Positions 59,204 to 64,000 of a DNA stretch of 64,000 nt are shown piece after piece. Location: assembly GCF_016026235.1 (NCBI RefSeq), contig NZ_CP065613.1, one strand, 5' to 3'. The notes below the pieces were generated by a model that was given only the letters and a program-made list of their open reading frames with translations, did no database searches and had not been told where the DNA came from. Position 1 is the first letter of the stretch. Every line of letters begins with the position of its first letter. Both the position numbers and the translations under genes were made by a program. The DNA is from Escherichia coli. Lineage in GTDB: Bacteria; Pseudomonadota; Gammaproteobacteria; Enterobacterales; Enterobacteriaceae.

Positions 59204-59471
59204 AAGCACATCCTCCGGTTATCGCATACCTTTTAAGGCCATATGCTTTTTCTGATTTCAGTATTCCCCAATCAGTGTAGTGCCTTTAAACATAACGTGC
59301 GTAAATATATTGTCCCCGATCACACTTTTTAGTGAAAAATAAAAAACCATATTAAAAGACTTTCTCTTCCAGAACTTCTCTAACGTGTGTTATTATTAAT
59401 AAAGATAAATGTAAGCAAGGAAACTATCCCAAAGTGAATATTGCGTCACTAAATGGACATTGGAGTGACAT

Positions 59472-60101
59472 ATGATTTTATTCGCCGACTATAATACCCC
59501 TTATCTTTTCGCTATTTCCTTTGTACTGTTGATCGGCCTTTTAGAAATTTTTGCGCTTATCTGCGGTCACATGCTCTCCGGTGCTCTTGATGCACATCTT
59601 GACCATTATGATTCCATAACCACAGGTCATATTAGCCAGGCACTTCATTATCTCAATATCGGAAGATTGCCAGCTCTCGTCGTTCTCTGCTTGCTGGCTG
59701 GTTTTTTTGGTCTTATTGGCATCCTGTTGCAGCATGCCTGCATCATGGTCTGGCAATCACCACTGTCGAACCTGTTCGTGGTTCCTGTCAGTTTACTGTT
59801 TACGATTATTGCGGTGCATTATACCGGTAAAATAGTTGCGCCCTGGATTCCACGCGACCATAGTTCAGCTATTACAGAAGAAGAATATATTGGTAGCATG
59901 GCATTAATTACCGGTCATCAAGCCACTTCAGGTAATCCCTGCGAAGGAAAACTCACCGATCAATTTGGCCAAATACATTATTTACTACTGGAGCCTGAAG
60001 AAGGAAAAATTTTCACTAAAGGAGACAAAGTGTTAATTATTTGCCGACTTTCTGCAACGCGATATTTGGCGGAAAACAATCCCTGGCCCCAAATATTGTA
60101 A
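59472..60101 (+). CDS. yqiJ: inner-membrane protein
   Basis: 209 aa. Confidence 0.8.
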
Positions 60102-60127
60102 TTTATTAATCAAAAGGAAATTTAATA

Positions 60128-61789
60128 ATGGATGATATTGTTAATTCTGTGCCCTCCTGGATGTTTACCGCGATTATTGCCGTATGCATTCTGTTTATTA
60201 TTGGAATTATTTTCGCCAGGCTCTATCGTCGCGCTTCAGCAGAGCAAGCATTTGTCCGTACCGGCTTAGGGGGGCAAAAAGTGGTAATGAGCGGTGGCGC
60301 AATCGTGATGCCGATCTTTCATGAAATAATCCCCATCAATATGAATACTCTGAAGCTGGAAGTCAGCCGCTCAACCATTGATAGCCTGATTACGAAAGAT
60401 CGTATGCGCGTCGATGTAGTAGTCGCTTTCTTTGTGCGGGTAAAACCTTCAGTAGAAGGGATTGCCACCGCTGCCCAGACGCTGGGGCAACGCACCCTGT
60501 CGCCTGAAGACTTACGTATGTTGGTTGAAGATAAATTTGTCGATGCCCTCCGTGCAACAGCTGCGCAAATGACCATGCATGAGTTACAGGATACCCGCGA
60601 GAACTTCGTGCAGGGAGTACAAAATACCGTAGCTGAAGATCTGTCGAAAAACGGCCTGGAACTGGAAAGCGTTTCACTTACCAACTTTAACCAGACCTCG
60701 AAAGAACATTTCAATCCGAACAATGCCTTTGACGCCGAAGGTTTAACCAAACTGACTCAGGAGACGGAGCGCCGTCGCCGCGAGCGTAACGAAGTTGAAC
60801 AGGATGTAGAAGTTGCGGTGCGTGAGAAAAACCGTGATGCACTTTCGCGCAAGTTGGAGATTGAACAACAAGAAGCGTTTATGACGCTTGAGCAGGAGCA
60901 GCAAGTTAAAACCCGTACCGCTGAACAAAATGCGAAAATTGCTGCTTTTGAAGCTGAACGTCGTCGTGAAGCAGAGCAGACGCGAATTCTGGCTGAACGA
61001 CAGATTCAGGAAACAGAAATCGACCGCGAACAGGCCGTCCGCTCAAGAAAAGTTGAAGCTGAACGTGAAGTTCGCATTAAAGAGATCGAACAGCAGCAGG
61101 TCACCGAAATCGCTAACCAGACGAAATCGATCGCTATTGCCGCCAAATCGGAACAACAGTCCCAGGCAGAAGCGCGTGCTAACCTTGCACTCGCAGAAGC
61201 AGTAAGCGCCCAACAAAACGTAGAAACCACTCGCCAGACAGCCGAAGCCGATCGTGCCAAGCAGGTGGCGCTGATTGCCGCAGCACAGGATGCAGAAACC
61301 AAAGCGGTTGAACTGACCGTGCGGGCGAAAGCAGAAAAAGAAGCCGCAGAGATGCAGGCGGCGGCGATCGTTGAGTTAGCCGAAGCTACGCGTAAAAAAG
61401 GCCTGGCGGAAGCAGAAGCACAACGTGCGCTGAACGATGCTATCAACGTACTTTCTGACGAACAAACCAGCCTTAAATTCAAACTGGCCTTGTTGCAGGC
61501 GCTACCTGCGGTAATAGAGAAATCCGTGGAACCAATGAAGTCCATTGACGGTATCAAGATTATTCAGGTCGATGGTCTGAATCGTGGTGGTACTGCGGGG
61601 GATGCAAACACGGGTAATGTGGGGGGCGGAAACCTGGCGGAACAAGCATTATCAGCCGCACTCTCTTACCGCACACAGGCACCACTGATTGACTCCTTGC
61701 TCAATGAAATTGGCGTTTCAGGCGGCTCACTGGCTGCATTGACTTCACCCTTAACCTCAACAACTCCCGTCGCCGAAAACGTAGAATAA
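60128..61789 (+). CDS. yqiK: SPFH/band-7 (flotillin-like) protein with long coiled-coil
   Basis: 553 aa. Confidence 0.85.
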   Translation: MDDIVNSVPSWMFTAIIAVCILFIIGIIFARLYRRASAEQAFVRTGLGGQKVVMSGGAIVMPIFHEIIPINMNTLKLEVSRSTIDSLITKDRMRVDVVVAFFVRVKPSVEGIATAAQTLGQRTLSPEDLRMLVEDKFVDALRATAAQMTMHELQDTRENFVQGVQNTVAEDLSKNGLELESVSLTNFNQTSKEHFNPNNAFDAEGLTKLTQETERRRRERNEVEQDVEVAVREKNRDALSRKLEIEQQEAFMTLEQEQQVKTRTAEQNAKIAAFEAERRREAEQTRILAERQIQETEIDREQAVRSRKVEAEREVRIKEIEQQQVTEIANQTKSIAIAAKSEQQSQAEARANLALAEAVSAQQNVETTRQTAEADRAKQVALIAAAQDAETKAVELTVRAKAEKEAAEMQAAAIVELAEATRKKGLAEAEAQRALNDAINVLSDEQTSLKFKLALLQALPAVIEKSVEPMKSIDGIKIIQVDGLNRGGTAGDANTGNVGGGNLAEQALSAALSYRTQAPLIDSLLNEIGVSGGSLAALTSPLTSTTPVAENVE

Positions 61790-61974
61790 ATTTTCAGCTA
61801 TGAACATCCCTGGCCCAAAAAGCCGAGGATTTTTTATATCTGCGTTCCGATAAAAAGTGCAAATGATCGGGCTGTTGCAGCATTTTGCGTGACCGCTCGG
61901 GGAAGGCAAAACTACCTCAGGGAAAGCGTTGCGCGGGGTCCGGCGCTCATCAACAATCGGGGAGTCAGCAAGGG

Positions 61975-62114
61975 GCTGAAACGGGAAAGCCCCTCCCGAA
62001 GAAGGGGCCTTGTATAAGGAAAGGGTTATGATGAAGCTCGTCATCATACTGATTGTGTTGTTACTCGTAAGTTTCGCAGCTTATTAACAGCCAATCAGAG
62101 GGGGGAGAAATCCT
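61975..62114 (-). ncRNA. sibD: SibD antitoxin sRNA body (antisense to ibsD), separated from its promoter by the IS insertion
   Basis: sequence homologous to the intact second copy; boundaries inferred. Confidence 0.4.
62028..62087 (+). CDS. ibsD: type I toxin peptide Ibs (19 aa, MMKLVIILIVLLLVSFAAY)
   Basis: direct translation; hydrophobic 19-mer. Confidence 0.8.
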   Translation: MMKLVIILIVLLLVSFAAY

Positions 62115-63407
62115 CTGAGGGATCCCCAGAAAATTTAGTAAACCATTATCATATTGGTATACCGTTGCTGTAGAACTTTCAGCCCTGCGTCAAATGACAG
62201 TGTGTTTAGTATGAGTGGAGAATGTCGAATCACATTCTCCGCCAGTTTTAATAACGAGATGACTCGCCTGTGCTTCACTGTATTTGCCTGATATTTATGA
62301 TGTATCCCTTTGTTTTCCAGGCTGAAACCGCTTAACCACATAATGATACTGGCTAATGTTGCGATCAGACTCAATACCGTGACCCGCCCGGATGAATGAC
62401 TGGCACCAAACCGTAGTCCAAATCCCCAGCGAGGATTTTTTTCATCCCTGAAATTTTGCTCAATTTGCATTCTACGGCTGTATAATTTCATTACCTGTTT
62501 TGGCGAGAACTCAGTACTGTTTGTGAAAATAAACCATGGTGATTTCCCGGCAGTACGAGCTTTAGCCGTCACCGATGGTCTGGTTGCTCTTTCCTTCGAG
62601 CGTTTAAATCTACGACCTTTAGGCTTACTTTTATAAAGATAAAAATGCCCTTCATGTTGTGCATTTTTATCTCGACCCAGCAGGCCTTCACCTAAATAAA
62701 TTGCTGTCGTTGATGCTTTTGTGCCTGAGTCCGACACCTTTTCCCAGCCATTACCAACATTGTAATAATGATTGCCCAGTACCCGGCAAATATAGGTCCA
62801 GCCACGGGAGCGGAGCTGTTGGAACCATCGCCCCTGAAAACCGGCATCTGTAATAACAATGACATCAGTCCCGGGGGAAAAGCACTCAGCAAGCGATTCC
62901 AGAAAACGCTCATGTACATCTGCATTCGCTGTCTGTGATGATGGAACGACACAACTCATCAACGGTAAAGAACGCCCGTCACATGCCAGGCTTGCCCGCA
63001 AAAGCTGAAAACGAGAGGCATGATAAGCACTCCAGTCAATGAGTATCACAACACGAGACATTCCCGCGTAATCTTTTGGGTAATTCGCTGAAAAATGGTG
63101 GAAACCTCATTTTGCAAATGTCGATTCCCCAACAGTCGATCCACCCGCTTTATTTTGTTTTTAACTGATGCCGTACCGGTTAAATGACGCCCGATACTGG
63201 TAAGTGTGAGGGAAGCGCCATTTATTACAGCATTAGTTGCGTCAATCAGTGATTTTTGACGGTAAAGATGCAAAGGGGCCAGTATATTGTTAAGGAAATT
63301 TTGGCATAATGAACGTGCAGGCATAGTGGTGATCTCCTTGAAATTGTTAGCACAATCAATTAGATCACATCTCACTATGCCTGTCTTGTTTTCTGGGGAT
63401 TCCTCAG
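62115..63407 (-). mobile_element. IS4-family, IS10-like insertion sequence (1293 bp)
   Basis: 19-bp imperfect terminal inverted repeats ctgagggatccccagaaaa / ctgaggaatccccagaaaa; flanked by direct repeats gagaaatcct (9-10 bp target-site duplication) that are single-copy in the second ibs/sib repeat. Confidence 0.8.
62135..63324 (-). CDS. IS10-like DDE transposase, encoded in two overlapping frames (possible frameshift near 63046-63061)
   Basis: N-terminal part (MPARSLCQ...NRHLQNE) and C-terminal part (VILIDWS...LYSRRMQIEQNFRDEK) both align by eye to IS10 transposase; reading frame changes between ITRE and SRVVIL. Confidence 0.7.
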
Positions 63408-63436
63408 GAGAAATCCTCCCTTACCCTTGTTCCTTT

Positions 63437-63465
63437 ACTTTAGGTTGAAAAAAAATCAGCGTCAA
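63437..63465 (-). promoter_or_regulatory. predicted sibD promoter (TTGACG-17 bp-TAAAGT), now directed into the IS right end
   Basis: hexamers read on the minus strand; equivalent TTGACG-17-TAGAGT at 63813-63841 in the second copy. Confidence 0.45.
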
Positions 63466-63654
63466 GAAGGTTTCATTAACACATATCCCTAGCCCAAAAA
63501 GCCGGGGATTTTTTATATCTGCGTTCCGCTAAAAGGTGCAAATGCTCAGGACGTTGCAGCGTTTTGCGTGACCGCTCGGGGAAGGCAAAACTGCTTCAGG
63601 GAAAGCGTTGCGCGGGGTCCGGCGCTCATCAACAATCGGGGAGTCAGCAAGGGG

Positions 63655-63805
63655 CTGAAACGGGAAAGCCCCTCCCGAGGAAGGGGCCTTATAGAAGGAA
63701 AGGGTTATGATGAAGCTCGTCATCATACTGGTTGTGTTGTTACTGTTAAGTTTCCCGACTTACTAACAACTGATCAGAGGGGGGAGAAATCCTCCCTTAC
63801 CCTTG
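63655..63805 (-). ncRNA. sibE: SibE antitoxin sRNA (antisense to ibsE)
   Basis: predicted promoter at 63813-63841 and a hairpin plus U-rich tract near 63655-63690 on the minus strand; boundaries approximate. Confidence 0.45.
63707..63766 (+). CDS. ibsE: type I toxin peptide Ibs (19 aa, MMKLVIILVVLLLLSFPTY)
   Basis: direct translation. Confidence 0.8.
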   Translation: MMKLVIILVVLLLLSFPTY

Positions 63806-63885
63806 TTCCTTTACTCTAGGTTGAAAAAACAACAGCGTCAATAGGCCTGCCATGTACGAAGCGAGATCTGTGAACCGCTTTCCGG

Positions 63886-64000
63886 TTAGCCTTTTTTATC
63901 CTGTTGGATCTTCTTGATAATGTTAGTGGTCGAGCAACCGTCTTCAAAGTTGAGCACCAACACTTCGCCGCCGTTGGCCCAGACTTCTTTACTCCCGGCG
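63886..64000 (-). CDS. hldE: 3' end (partial, runs off window) of bifunctional heptose kinase/adenylyltransferase
   Basis: minus-strand translation ends ...[28 protein letters not shown]-stop. Confidence 0.7.

Noticed and set aside
61006-61557. 183-aa ORF on the minus strand
   Set aside because: Antisense to the Ala/Glu-rich coiled-coil region of yqiK; Ser/Ala-rich low-complexity translation.
62135-63375. Identification of the insertion sequence as IS4 itself, or as IS186
   Set aside because: The translated transposase does not match my recollection of the IS4 InsG or IS186 InsL proteins; it aligns instead to IS10 transposase at moderate identity, hence IS10-like.

Overview
This window reads as a chromosomal segment of Escherichia coli (or a very close relative), gene-dense and syntenic with the K-12 region running yghQRST - pitB - gss - yghU - hyb operon (hybOABCDEFG) - yghZ/yqhA/yghA - exbBD - metC - yqhCD-dkgA - ygiQ - ftsP - plsC - parC - ygiVW - qseBC - mdaB - parE - cpdA - nudF - tolC - ygiBCD - zupT - ribB - ubiK - glgS - yqiJK - ibs/sib - hldE. 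Gene names were assigned from recognised protein sequences and gene order recalled from memory; no database search was run. Most of the window is ordinary core genome. The parts worth a second look are: (1) at the left end (2-7326), a cluster that is absent from K-12 as I recall it, encoding an SDR-type reductase, a dedicated acyl carrier protein, a PLP-dependent alpha-oxoamine synthase (serine-palmitoyltransferase-like), a second LptF/LptG-like permease pair, a secreted protein and a flippase-like membrane protein, which together look like a synthesis-and-export system for an unusual acylated amino lipid; (2) an AT-rich islet between qseC and mdaB with an orphan type VI secretion Hcp gene, a candidate lysozyme-like effector, and ygiZ immediately downstream as a possible immunity gene; (3) an IS10-like insertion sequence with a 9-10 bp target duplication inserted 27 bp downstream of the ibsD toxin gene, separating the predicted sibD antitoxin promoter from the sibD RNA body. 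Smaller differences from K-12 as recalled: no ygiS-mqsRA between parC and ygiV, no fimbrial operon between ubiK and glgS, an apparently intact yghX, and a 12-bp in-frame duplication in pitB. No rRNA, tRNA or CRISPR array was seen.
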